DNA of 64,000 bases from Nageia nagi (taxonomy: Eukaryota; Plantae; Pinophyta), in assembly GCA_050084985.1 (NCBI GenBank), contig JBITNC010000002.1, positions 36,952,001 through 37,016,000 on the forward strand, written 5' to 3'. Below are positions 13,770-27,400 of the stretch, piece by piece. A program made the position numbers and the translations under genes. Every line of letters starts with the position of its first letter. Position 1 is the stretch's first letter. The notes beneath the pieces are model-generated. The model did not search any database, was not told where the DNA came from, and saw only the letters and a program-made list of their open reading frames with translations.

Positions 13770-16700
13770 TTTTTTTTGAATGATTAAACTTTATAATAAT
13801 AAAATCTTAAATCATACAAATGTAAAATGAATGGAAAATATCACATCCCCTACACAACCACATACAACAATAAAAGGATACATCAACTACACACTACTCG
13901 ATACATGGTAGGATTTAAAAAAGCCACCTCACATCATGGCATAAAAAAACAAAAAAGCCATTGTAACTTATGGCACAAAAACCAATCCATAGGGACACCA
14001 AAATATGCATTAAACCCACATAAATCATCATGCAATGTAATAAGTACTCATGATAAAGATAGCTACTGCCAGCATTTAATCATTGGCAGGAAGAGGAGAG
14101 GTGTTAGCTAGTGGCATGGGCACCAAGGGAATTTCCTTAAAGTTCTTATTGACATGATCATGTGCATTAACTTCCTCATTATGCTTCCAAATGTTACATG
14201 AGATATGTGGCTAGTGGGTTTCATCAAGTGTATCCCAAATTTCCTTCCAATTAGAATCAATATTAGTTGTGGGTTTAATGGTAGCAAAAGATATTGAAAC
14301 CCATCCATCCAAAACTTCCTCCTCCTCATTTGGAGTGGAATACCATCCACTACCACTAGGAATTAATGTCCATACACTACCTTCACCTTTAGTCTAGTCA
14401 CCCCTTCCATCATTAGTATGATCTCCCTAGCCTTCATTATGATGTGGGGAAACCAAATGATTATCCCATCCCAAGCAATGCCAAGGGGATGTTGGTTGAT
14501 AATATCTCATTTGAGCATGCATCATTGGAAAGAAAGGGGCTCCATTTTCTAGCTGTGGCCTCTAAACTACATGTGAGGAGCTTCAATCTTGCTCCTAAAG
14601 TGGCTTGCGATGATGCTGTATTGAGCATGATTACTCTAGGAGAGAGGTTTATAGTTGAACCTAGCTAATAGAACATGGACATCCCACTAAGGAGCTCTTA
14701 GAGGTGCTTCACTTCCAAATCTACCTTATTGACTTGATTAGTAATCTAGAACTAGATATCATGAAACACAATTATCTTATTAGCTAGCAAAATAATCCAC
14801 AAAAGGTAGCTTGCTAGAAAAAATGACTACATTTTTTTCTTTCCATAAATGAAAAAGAATTCTAATTATGAACATATTCCAAAAATCTTCTAGCTTTTCA
14901 GAAAAATCTAAAGGATCCCCAAGAAGATTATCTAACCATGTTAATGATTTCTTTAGAAATGTGTGAAAAAAGGACTCCATCCACAACCAACCTTTTTTGG
15001 CTTTTTTGCAAAGCCAAAAAAGGTGTATAAAGGTTTCCTCTGAATTACAAAAGGGACAAGATGAATTTTCCATAACTAGATGCTTTAGAAGGTGTCCTAT
15101 TGGAAGACCTTTAAAAATTTGGTTGCAACTTCAAGTTCTCTTGAGAAGAGAGATGATTCCATCTTTCATTGAGATTAGGCACCATAAAAAGGTTTAGCAA
15201 CAACCAATTGTATCTTATCTTTATTGAGTATGAAAGAAAAGGAACATATTTAAACCATTTCCATTCTATCCACCATGGATATTGGGCATGCTAATCCATC
15301 TTAGGCCAAAGGATGAAAGGTATATAATTAAGTTCAAAATCATATGTTTCCTTATCCTTGGACTATGGCAAAATTTATCTTTGAAAATATCTTAGGGAAT
15401 TCAAATTTTGGAATTTTGGTCAAAAAATCTTACACAGAGGTAATGCCTTTTTTATAAAATCTTTTACCCCTAATCCATTGAAAGATAGCTTAAGGCATAT
15501 TCTGAAACTTAATGATGATATACCACCAAATATTAAGATGAGAAAGAACTATGCCTTTGCTCTTTCCACCCCCTTTCCAAATAAGCCATGGTTTGACAAC
15601 TTCTCAGGCTTTATATTCTTTTGATAACAAAAGAACCATTAATTTATATAGGGATAGGGGTGATAATAATGGATGGAAAATCCTTATCTCTAGCAATTAA
15701 AAATACCCATTCCTCTAGAGTGCTTAAGAAGATAACATAATTCCCATGCAACTTAGTGAAAGCCATTTTTTCTTTATTATTGGCCTATAAAAAATATCTG
15801 AGAAGCTTTTTCATCTTCTTATAATATGCTTGGGAGGGGACCCAACAAGATGAATAATAAACATGAGTGGAGGTAAGGAATTTAGAACAAATTTGAAATT
15901 TCCCTTTCAATGAAAGCTTTTTAGAAATATAGTAAGAATTTTTTTTTCCCACTCTTTGAATCACATGAGACCATAAATGGGTTGAGGTGGCTTGGAAATA
16001 AAAGGGAATACCTAATAATTTGAACACTTGTCTTGGTTGAATTCATTACCATTGATATTGTAAAGCTAATTAGGAAAATCTATCATAGACTATCTATAAC
16101 AAGAAGTTTTTTCCATTAAATACTAGAGCTAGAAGCTTTGCAGAATGTGTCCAAACAAGAGAAAGCTTATAATATAGAATATTGATCTTCCCTCAAAGTG
16201 AGGAAAGAATCATATGTAAAGTGACCATTGTGAGCTACCCTTGGTTTCGAGGAAAAGAGATTCCATGGAGACTCCCTTGGGAGGCACTAGAAGCAAGAAG
16301 ATAGCCAAATGCTTCAAAAACTAAGACACAAAGAGAGGGAGCTAAAGGGAAACCTTGTCTAACTGATATGTGCAACCCAAAAGGAATCATCTAATTACCA
16401 TCAAGGGTAATAACTATTGAAGAATTAGAGAAAAGCATCTTAACTGAAGTAATGAAACCAAGTCCAAAGCTAAGATCTTGGAGCATTGTAAGAATAAAAG
16501 ACCACTCAATTTTATTATATGCTCTCTCAAAAATAATTTTTACAAATAAGGCATTTTTATAAGAAGCCAAAGCCCATTTCATATCTTCCCAAAATGTAAT
16601 GACATTGTCAAGAATGTATTGACTCTGAAAAAAGCTAATTTTTTTTAGGCAAAATATTTGAGGCAAAAAAAGTCTAAGTATTAAAGCTAAGACTTTGGCT

Positions 16701-17754
16701 ATGATTAATTTTGTAGCTAACATTTAGTAAAGTGATACATCTCCAAATAGTGATAAGCTTAGGATTTCCAAACTTGGGGATGAGCTTAATATTTTCTTTA
16801 TTTATAATATCCATCAATGAGCTAGTGGCAAAGGCTTCATGATAGACACACAAATGTATGGGCTAACCACATCTTAGAATTTCTTGTAAAATTCATAAGG
16901 GAAACCATCAAGTCTAGGAGCTTTCTCATTCGCCATACATGAAAGAGCCTACTAGAGATCCTCAATAGTGAGCAAGCGATTACAATCCTCTTTCTGAGAG
17001 CTAAAGAGTTTGATAGGGACAACTCTGCAACATTTTGCTAAGGATTATTATCTTTCCAAAGTAAGGGGTTATGAGGTGAAGACTTGTTGGTAATGCTTAA
17101 CAAAGGCATGAGAAATACTAGGAGGGTATGTAATTATCTCATATGCATTCATAATGGCCTTGAATTGAGCAGTCATTCTAGGTGACCTTAATCTTTGAAA
17201 GAATTATTTAGTGACCTTATCCCCAATAGGAAGCCAATGAATTTGGGCTCAAATCTGAGCCCCTTTAGCTTCACAAAGCTCAACTTTTATTAACTCATGT
17301 CTTACTACAACAATATGCTCTTGAAGTTGAGTAATCCAAGGATTGGATTCTAATTGAAGAGAAGTATGAGCATACTCATTTTTGAGTGCATTGTTAGAGT
17401 GCTTATGAATTTCAGCAAGCTTGACTTCCAGTATTCTAAGAATCAATTTTTTTTCTAAAGATAACATCATTCCACCATTCAATTCACCCTATGGCTCCAA
17501 CAGGTTATGGAACCAAGTTCCTGACCTTGTAAATATGAGCAATAATAGTAGGGTGATATAGAAAAGAGACATTAAGATAAAAATATGAATGAAAGATTCT
17601 AAGATAGTATTGTGAAAAAAATTGGCAAATGATTAGAAATGGTATTACCTAGAATAACATGGAAAAGGGGGAATTGGAGGAAGTATACTAGAAAGAATCT
17701 AAAATGCTCAGAGAGCATGGCTCTATCTAATCTTTTGAGGACTCTAGCTCCCTA
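13770..17754 (-). mobile_element. 5'-truncated, decayed L1-clade LINE (end of endonuclease, RT, zinc finger)
   Basis: Minus-strand fragments LKRLDR (about 17722-17739), IIAKVLALIL...FERAYNKIEWSF, KLLGIPF and CPFCNSEETFIHLFWLC. T-run at 13770-13777 corresponds to the poly(A). Imperfect 26/27-bp TSD at 13744-13769 and 17755-17781. Confidence 0.9.
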
Positions 17755-18003
17755 CCTAAATATTTAAATCACTATTAAATACTTTTACTTCTATGAACTT
17801 AATTTTTTAAGTACAAATCAATTGAGTATTTTAATGATTATTTTCCATATAATAAATCTATTATTAAAAAAAATAATACATTTATTATACAACCTTCACA
17901 ATCCTTATTTGTTATAATAACCATAATATTTAATTAAATATTTAAATTTTCAATTAAATACTTAATTACCTTAATTTTTTTTTAAAATAATATAATCCTT
18001 CTA

Positions 18004-18244
18004 TTTTTTTGATGAAACCACTCTTGCAAGTCAATTTCTTAGAATTAGATTTTGTGTTTGAGGGGTTCTCTTCCGTAAAATTTATCCAAGATTCACACTT
18101 GACTTCATCCACACCAACATGGTCACCTATCAATTGGACTTACATATCTACATGATGTGAGGGGGGAGAGTTTTGAACTTGGGACCTCCCTTTTTCAACT
18201 TGAGAGTTTTATCTTCCCACTCCTCTCCAACTCCCCTCACATCA
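18004..18244 (-). mobile_element. tRNA-derived SINE (~240 bp)
   Basis: Minus-strand head has a perfect 12-bp stem (18153-18164 / 18233-18244) and a B-box-like GGTCCCAAGTTCAAAACT. It is followed by a ~140-bp body and an A7 tail (T-run 18004-18010). Confidence 0.7.
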
Positions 18245-18246
18245 TT

Positions 18247-18970
18247 TGATCCAAATTGGATCATGTGTCAAGTTATCTTTTTAGGAGAAATACTCATTCT
18301 AGAGGTATATGTGCTTGGAGATAGATTGAAGACCAAAATTTGAAGTTTTTTGGCATTAGTTTTAGGCATCCAGTGATGTGCAAATTGCTATTTTTAGGTT
18401 GCTAACGACATGCACCTTGATGAGTCAGTAGGGGCGTTTAAAGACATATTGGAGTTTCAAGAGATTAAGCAGTTTAGGTTCCTTAGATAATATTTTAGAG
18501 TGTTTTGGAGGCTTATTTAGTAACTTATCTTATTATTTATACTTAATTGGAGAGGATTGTAGAGTTTTAGGATTTTAGACTTGTAATAGTTTGAAGCAAG
18601 ACCAAGAGTCATGCTAGAATTGTTGTAGTTCTAAGATTATTTCTTCTTGTTGTAGGATATTGTAGTAATTATAGGAGATTGTATTGTCATTGTATTGATG
18701 GTATTTCTGTATGCATGTAATATTGTAATATCCATAGACAATGAGAAGAGAAGGCTCTAATTCCATGTTGGATTAGCCCACATTGGGTGAACCAGGGTAA
18801 AATCATTGTGTTGATCTTATTGTGTATTTGAGATTGCTATTTTATAATTCACATTGTGCAATTTTTAAATTTATTTACAATTTGTATGATATCATAATGG
18901 TTAACTATTATCATTCGAATCTATAAGTGAGGATTCAAGTATGCTATAAGCATTTAGTGATTATGGATCA
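18247..18970 (+). repeat. Gypsy 5' LTR
   Basis: 724 bp, colinear with 23690-24416, followed by a tRNA-Met PBS. Confidence 0.93.
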
Positions 18971-19164
18971 CATGGTATCAGAGCTTGTGTGCATCAAATT
19001 TGGGGCCAAAATTTTGGGTATTTCAAGCCACCAATGATGTATTTTTTTATGTTTAAGAGGAGATATCAAAGACCAAAATTAATTCCAGAGGATCCTAAGA
19101 ATGGTTATAAGGGTAGAGAAATTGAAATGGATAATGCAAAGGAGAAAAATCTACTATTCATACC

Positions 19165-22100
19165 ATGAAGGATACTAATTTTAAAAGGAGATTCTTGGCA
19201 ATGGAGAATCATTTGGCTCATTTGGTTGAGTTGTTGGCTATTAGAGTAAATGTGAATATCAATAAAAGATATCATGATATAGTTGGGATACTTGGTTCAT
19301 CATCTTTATCAAATAGAGTTCCATTCAAGGTGGAGGCCAAAGTGGACATTCCTACTTTTGGAAGAGAGGTTGATGCAGAAAAGGTGAACAATTGGCTAAA
19401 ATAATTCGAGGTTTATTTTCAAATTCATGGTGTTGTAAATGATGTTGATAAAATCTCTTTTGATAAATTAAATATGAGTGGGCATGCTTTATTTTGGTGG
19501 AAAAGCCATGTAGAAATTCTTAATCATGAACACTTATCAAAAATATCTTCTTGGAATGAATTTAAGGAGTTGTTAAGAGATCAATTTTATCTATTAGGAC
19601 ATCATAATAAACAATTGATGAAATAGTAATTCTTTATATAATAAAGAGAGAAAAATGTTCAAGAATACACTACAAAATTTAGGAAACAAGCTACTTTACT
19701 TGGGGTTTCACTAAAAGATCCTTAAACTTTAATGAAGTACATTGGAGGTTTACATAGTCATTTGCAAAAGACTATCATGTTGTTTACTCCTACTAATCTT
19801 GATCAAGTGTGTGTGCAAGAATAATACTTAGAGGAGGATGGTAAATAAAGGAGACAATATATATGATGAATCTAAGAAGGTTTCTAATTCAAGGGAAGGG
19901 CAAGAAAAAGGTAAATCTCAAGATAAAGACAAAGGTAAGCAAGAAACTAAGACCAATAATATTTCAAAGAAAGAAGGTGATGGTAGAAATTGTAGTCATT
20001 GTGATAAATATGGTCATGTTGATGATAAATATTGGAAATTACATTCATATAAGCATAAGAATAAGGAGAAAACTAATGCTATGGTTCTTAGATGTGATGA
20101 TATTGAGGGAAGTTTAGATGTTGATGAGAGAATAAATTGTTCAGCCATTCAAAAGGTTAAGGAACCTCAAGAAATTGAAGAACAAAGGATTCAATTATTC
20201 CACCTCAAAATCCAAATCAAGAAAACCAAGGTAGATTCCATTGTTGATCTAGGTTCTCAAGCAAATTTGATTTCTGAGACTATGGTAAGTAATTTGGGAA
20301 TGGAAACTTTCAACCATCCAAATCGATATCTTTTGGGTTGGGTGCATCCAATGCTAGTTTGTAAGTCACTAAGCAATGTAAGTTGAAATTTTCCATTTGT
20401 ACAAAGTACATTGATAAAGTTATGGTTGATGTTGTTCATTTAGACATTTGTGGTGTTATTCTTGGTAACCCTTATATGTGGGATAGAGATGGCATTTATT
20501 ATAGAAGATTAAACAAATTGTGATTGGTGAAAGATGGAAAGATGTTTCTAGCTAGTGCACATAAAAGCATGAAAAAACTACCTTTGGTAATTGCTAGTTA
20601 GGTAAAATGTCTTATAAATGCTTCTAAAAAGTTTATTCTAATCATGGTGAAAATAGGAGCCTTGGGTGAGGCAAATTTCATGCTATTAATTGCATGCAAT
20701 ACTGATTTTAGGCTACTAGTAGTGTGTAAAAGAGAGGAACATATGCAAAAATTAGTTTAAGAGTTTACTAACTTATTTGCAGAGCCATAGGGATTACCTC
20801 ATATGTGAGATATGCAATATGATATTTAGTTGTTAGTTGATTCTTCATTGCCCAACATAGCTTTGTATCGAAAATTAGTTTTAGAGCAAGGGGAGATAAG
20901 AAGGTAGATTTAGGAGTTGGTTGATCAAAGTGTGATCAAACCAAGTACATCTCCATGTGAATCACCTATTATTTTGGTTCCCAAGAAGGATAAAACTTGG
21001 AGAATATGCATTGATTATAGAGCACTAAATAAAATCTCCATAAAAAATCACTATCCTTTGCCTTGGATAGATGATCTTTTGGATTAGTTGCAAGGGGTAA
21101 TATTCTTCACAAAATTGGACTTGAGGAGTGGATATCACCAAGTTAGAATCAAGGAGGAGGAAATTTGGAAGACTACTTTCAAGATAAGACAAGGCCTATT
21201 TGAGTGGCTTGTTTTGCTGTTTGGTTTGTGTAATGCACCAGCCACTTTCATGAGGTTAATGGATGATGTACTTCATCTATTTATTGATTTTTTTTTGTAT
21301 ACTTGGATGATATTCTTGTTTATAGTTCTAATTAGGAAGAACATGTTGTACATATTAGAAAACTATTTCAAAATTTGCATAGGGAGAAGTTGTTATTGAA
21401 ACATTCAAAATGTGAGTTTGGAAAATAATCTTTGATGTATTTGGGCCATGTTATTGGTCATGGACAACTTAAGATAGATCCTAGTAAAGTAAGTGCTATA
21501 GTAGATTGGCCAAGGCCATCTAATGTAACTAAAGTAACAAGTTTCTTAGGTGCTATCCAATACTTGAGAAATTTTATTATTGATTTTTCTCATATTACTT
21601 CACCTTTACATGATGTAACTAAAAAGAGGTAAGTTTTCCAATGGTGAAACAAAAACAAACATATTTTGATACTTTGAAGAAAAAGATTATTAGTGCACCT
21701 ATGCTAGCACTTCCTAATTTGCAGAAGCCATTTACAGTGGATACTGATGCAAGTAACTATGCCATGGGAGCCATTTTGATGCAAGAAGGTAAACCAATTT
21801 GTATCATTTTGAAAGTTTCATGGGGCTATTTTGAATTATCCTACTTATGATAAGGAAATGTATGCATTGGTTCAAGTTGTTAAAAATTGGAAACATTTAC
21901 TTAACAAGAAAAGAAATAATCATTCATACTGATCATAAACCATTAAAGTATTTTCAAACTCAATCAAAATTGCAACAAACTAGACACTATAAATGGATGA
22001 GTTTTCTACAACAATTTCATATAGTGATCAAGCATAAGAAAGGAACACAAAATAAAGTTACTGACATGCTTTTTAGATTGCTTGTAACTATAGATTCCAT

Positions 22101-23680
22101 GCCATTAGCAGTGTGTAGTACTAATTGTGGGCCATTAGTAGTATGCAAACAAGGTCTAGTGAGTTCCCTCTTAGTGCTGAAATTTCTTCCTTTTCTATTT
22201 ATGTCATTTTTAGAGGCATATGTGTAGAATACTAACTTCAAAGAAGTGTATGAGTAGTTATTTTCATCTAGGTCCAAGTATGAGGATTTAGATGAATATC
22301 ATTGCAAAATGGACTTATTTATCATTTTAATGCATTATATGTACCTATAGGGGAAAGAATTGGACTAATTAGAGAAGCATGGACTTCAAAGATTGTAGAA
22401 CATTTTGGGGTTGGAAAGATATTGTACAATTTGCAAAGGTATGTATATTGGCCAAAGATGCAAGATCAAGTTGTCAAGTACATAAGGGGGTGTTCTTTAT
22501 GTTGCACTAGCAAGCCAAGTAACAAGAAATTAAGTTTGTATCAACTACTTCCAATACCTTCACATCCATGGGAGTGTATCTTAATGGATTTTGTGGGAGG
22601 ATTTCCTATGAATAAGAAGGGTCATGACTATTTATTTATTGTTGTAGATAGATTTAGCAAGATGTGTGTTTAGATTCCTTGTAAAAATACTCTAAGAAGA
22701 CAAGATGTTGCAAATTTATTCTTTTCTCATGTTTGGATTCATTTTGGATTGCCTAATTCCATTATTTCAGATAGAGATAGTAGATTTTTGGGCAAGTTTT
22801 GGATGTTTTTGTGAGAAAACATGGATACAAGGTTGAAGAGGAGTACTGCCTTTCATCCTCAAATGGATGGACAAGCTAAGGTGGTAAATAGGATAGTAGT
22901 TAAGCACTTGAGGGGTTATTATGTCAAACATACTAAGTCTTGGGATTAACATCTTGAATATATACAACATGCATACAATAGGGAAATTCATTCTTACATT
23001 AATTAGATTCCTTTGATACTTGTTTTGGTTATTTACCACCTTCAACTTTTGATTATGTGTTTGGGAAGCAAAGGGATGAAGAAGATTCACTTGAGAAAGT
23101 GGAAAAGCAAGCTAAAAAATTTGTTGAAAAGATTAGGCAAATTCATTCGAAAGTCCAAGAGTAACTTGAGACAAGCCAAGACAAGTACAAGATGAGAAAT
23201 GAAAAATATAGAGTTGACCATAAGTTTCATGTAGGAGACCATGTTTGGTTGCATCTTAGTAAGGAGAGATTGCAAGTACAAGCCAAGAAGTTGAAAACTA
23301 TAAGGTATGGACCATTTGAGATTGTGGAGCAAGTAAGTGAGAATGCTTTTAGATTATACCTTCTAGAATATATGAACACCTATTCAATTGTGAATGTTGA
23401 GCATTTGAAATTGTATGAGCCATCTATGTTGATTGAAGATGAAGCAGGTTTAGATCAAATTTTACCATATCTTGATGAATTATCTCCTAATACTATGGAT
23501 GAACTCAAGGAGGATTCCATGTTACAAAAGAAGATTCATGCTATAAGAAGAGGTGAGACAGAGCTATGGTTGGTTGGATTGAAAGGATAAAATCCTAATA
23601 AAGCCAAGTGGATGGATAGGTCTATATTTGGGGAGTTGTATCCTTATTTATGCATTTATGGGATTGAATGCTTCTCCATT
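19165..23680 (+). pseudogene. Gypsy gag-pol remnant
   Basis: [87 protein letters not shown], plus a chromodomain-like tail ELWLVGLKG. Interrupted by stops and frameshifts. Confidence 0.95.
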
Positions 23681-23689
23681 GGAGAGGTA

Positions 23690-24416
23690 TGACCCAAATT
23701 AGATCATGTATCAGGTTATCTTTTTAGAATAAATACTCATTTTAGAGGTATATGTACTTGGATATAGATCAAAGATAGAAATTTGGAGTTTTTTGGCATT
23801 CAATTTTAGGCCTCTAAAAACATGCAAATTGCTATTTTTAGGTTGTTAATGACATGCACCTTGATGAGTCAGTAGGGGCATTTGAAGAGATATTGGATTT
23901 TTAGGAGATAGAGTAGTTTAGGTTCCTTGGACAATATTTCAAAGTGTTTTGGATGCTTATTTAATGGCATATCTCATTCTTGATTCTTAATGAGAGAGGA
24001 TTATAGAGTTTTAGGATTTTATAATTGTAATAGTTTGAAGGAAGACCAAGAGTCATGCTAGAATTGTTGTAGTTTTGAGATTATTTCTTCTTGTTGTAGG
24101 ATATTACATTAATTGTAAGAGATTGTATTATCATTGTATTAATGGTATTTCTGTATGCATGTAATATTGTAATGTCCATAGATAATGAGAAGAGAAGGCT
24201 CCAATTCCATGTTGGATTAGCCCACATTAGGTGAACCAAGGTAAAATCATTATGTTAAAATCTTATTGTGTGTTTGACATTTCTAGTTTGTGATTCACAT
24301 TATGCAATTTTCAAATTTATATGCAATTTGTATGATCTCATAATGATTAACTATTTTCATTCAAATCTATAAGTGAGGATCCGAGTATGCTATAAGCATC
24401 TGATGATTATGAATCA
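23690..24416 (+). repeat. Gypsy 3' LTR
   Basis: 727 bp, TG...CA, preceded by the PPT. Confidence 0.93.
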
Positions 24417-27400
24417 TAATTGGATATTTAAAACAACATCATTTAAATATTTAAATACTCAAGTTATATTATCATGAAAGAGGTAATTTAAAACTATAAG
24501 ATGTGACTTTGTTGTACAAACATTGACACAACTTTTCCAAATGAAACTAGTAGCAATAGTAGATGGAAAAAGATATTTTCTCATGGGAGTTTTGCAATAG
24601 GAATATAAATACTTCAAAAACTCTTCAAAAATGAATTTCCATATCATATTGTGATGTGATTACCATAGAAAAACTCTTCAAAGCATGAATCAAAATACTA
24701 GTATAATTTTGGTAGATATATGACTATGTGACAAAAATTATTAGTCATGACTAAAAATTTTAGTTATGTGACTAAAACTATTAGTCATGTGACTAAAACT
24801 AATCAAATTATACTATTTTTTTGTAATTTAAAATTATAAATTACTAAAAATATGACTAATTTAGTCATCAAGTAAAATCACAAGGTAAAATCATGTCATA
24901 ATCCCTTTTTGTGCTTTGCTCCTTCCACATCTTTTGATAGTAAAAGTTGAATTTATTGCTTTAAAATTTACTTAAAATAGCTTTAATTTCCAAGGTAATG
25001 CTTATAAGGTAGGAAATGAAGGAAAACATTTTTATGTAAATGTTTTGTGGCATTAACATGGTCTAAGGTCTTAAAAACTTAGTACCATTTGTATACTTGG
25101 CATCTAGAAGTCAAGGTGGATTAAGAAAAAATAAAATAAATTATAGGGGAGCCTTTTAATTTTAATTTTAAATTTAAAAATAAATAAATAAACCCTAAAC
25201 TATAGGGGAGTGCATTGTGTGTTTTAACCATGACAAAGGCATTGAATTTTAAACCTAAGGGAAATAAATTAAATATCTTAATTTTTCTCTAAGCATTGGG
25301 TATCTAGCTTGGAAAAGTGAAAACAAAATTAGGAAAACAAAAGCCTTCATGTTCATTGAAACCCTTATAATTTGGCTTGCAACATTTGGAATGTGGGAGA
25401 AGGAGAGATGATAGGAAAACCCTAGTCACCATGCTTGTAGAATCTAAACAAACTATTTTAGGCCACCATGGATGGGTTTGTGAGCATTTTTTTGAGCCTA
25501 CAAGCTAATTTATCCCACCCCATTCATTGTTTTAGCATTGCAAATCATGTTGGGGTGTAGAAAAACATGGTGAATCTATTATACCCACATTGTGGTAGCT
25601 TTTTGGTGCTATAAATCATGATTTTTGGGATGAGAGGGTATCTTAGTGCAAAGAGGGAAGGTTGAAAATGAAATATACCCATTGTGGGAGGTTTCTAGTG
25701 CTTCAATTTGATTCATGAAGATATAAAAACTTAAACCTTGAGTGTTATTATTTGATTATTACCTAAGTAGTATCATTTTGGCTACAAGGAGACTTAGGAA
25801 TCATCTTATGTAGGCCATCTCTACTTGGAATCGATTTTGGGTGAGTTTTCCTTCAATATTTTACTAATACTTTTGCATTTTTGAGAACAAATTCATATCT
25901 TGGTTCAAACTCATGATGGGTGCTTGTTTAGTTATTATAGTAAGAAAATAAACTTTTATTTTGGATTACATCTATGTTGGGTTTTCAATTCTTATCATTA
26001 TTATATTTTTTCCTTAAGCTTATGGGCACCAAATTGCCAGGAGAGTTTGTCTTACGTTGGTTTCTCATTGTTTAGGTTGAGTTTGAGGATTTAGAACCCT
26101 TTCCCTACAAAGTTTGTGAGGTTAAAATTGGGTCCATATGATTTTGGATAAGAGTTTCATCTAGCTAAGGATTGAGGTGAGTTTTTAGGTTTGGACCAAT
26201 TCTACCAATGATTGATCCTGGAAAGAAATAGCATAGAACAAGCATCATTAAAAAAATAATAAGAAACATTCATTTTTGTAATTTTTTCATTTTAAAAATG
26301 TGCTTAATTCTGAAACATAATTATGGAAAAACCCTATTTCCTGTATATTCAATAAGTTCTAGGAATGTGCTTGAATTTGTTAGGAATGAAACCATAGGTG
26401 ACCATGATCATAGTATAATTTGAAATTGTATCCATGATTAATAAATCCCCAACACCTTACTTTTCAAACACAAAAATCATAAATCAATTTGAAAACTAAT
26501 TGAAATATGTTTAAAATAAAGATAAAATGGATATGCATTTTATTTTAAAGATAAAATGGATATGTATGATTTTTAAATTGGTTCTACAATACTCATTTTA
26601 CATGGGTGGATGGATATACTTACTATTATTTTTTTGAATATTATTCATTCATTACATTTTTAGACACATGTTACATAAAAGAATCATACTTTACTGCATC
26701 ATATCTTCTCCAGCATGTCATTCCTGTTATTTCATTTTGGAAGTTAAATTCATTGCTCCTACTTGTATGCATACCTTTGCAAGGATACTAACTTGCATGT
26801 AGATGGTGTTCTAATTCTTTACATAAATTTATTATCATTCTTTGTTGAATATTAAACTCACAAAGATTGAAAAATCTCACACTCAATTGTATTTAATTTT
26901 TCAAAGATAGAACCCCAGTTGAATACTTCTAGCTTGGACCATTTTTGTCACTTGAAACTTTACCATTTAGTATACTTGCTATACAATCTTGCTTTAGAGA
27001 GGATTTTTAAACTTGATTTGAGTCCACTACTATAACTCACTTGTATGTTCATGGCTGCTATTCCAAATCAAAAATAGGAAATGGCATTTCTATTTGATTT
27101 ATAATATCACTCTATAAATCTATATGTTGTTATGTTTCATAAGCTAATTATGATAATGGTATTGGATTCAAGGGTATAATGATGTAAATGATTCTAGTGA
27201 ATATCAATGTGATCAACAGTTACTATTTACCATATGCTATTACTACTTCTTTTGGGGATGCTACAAAGAAGTATTAGCTATCCTTAATGCATTGTTAGTT
27301 TTTGGATATAGAAGATAGTTTGAATTGAGTTTTGAATGTTCAAGTGATGTATCATTTCATATTCTTGTTATGTATTTCATTTTGATATGTATTCCTTATT

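Larger units (their letters stand above)
18247..24416 (+). mobile_element. Full-length decayed Ty3/Gypsy retrotransposon (chromovirus-like)
   Basis: LTRs 18247-18970 and 23690-24416 (TG...CA), PBS TGGTATCAGAGC at 18973, PPT GGAGAGG at 23681, TSD TCATT/TAATT (4/5). Order gag-PR-RT-RH-IN. Confidence 0.95.

Noticed and set aside
18153-18244. Functional tRNA gene or MITE
   Set aside because: Arms are degenerate with no clear anticodon loop. The B-box, body and A-tail fit a SINE better than TIRs.
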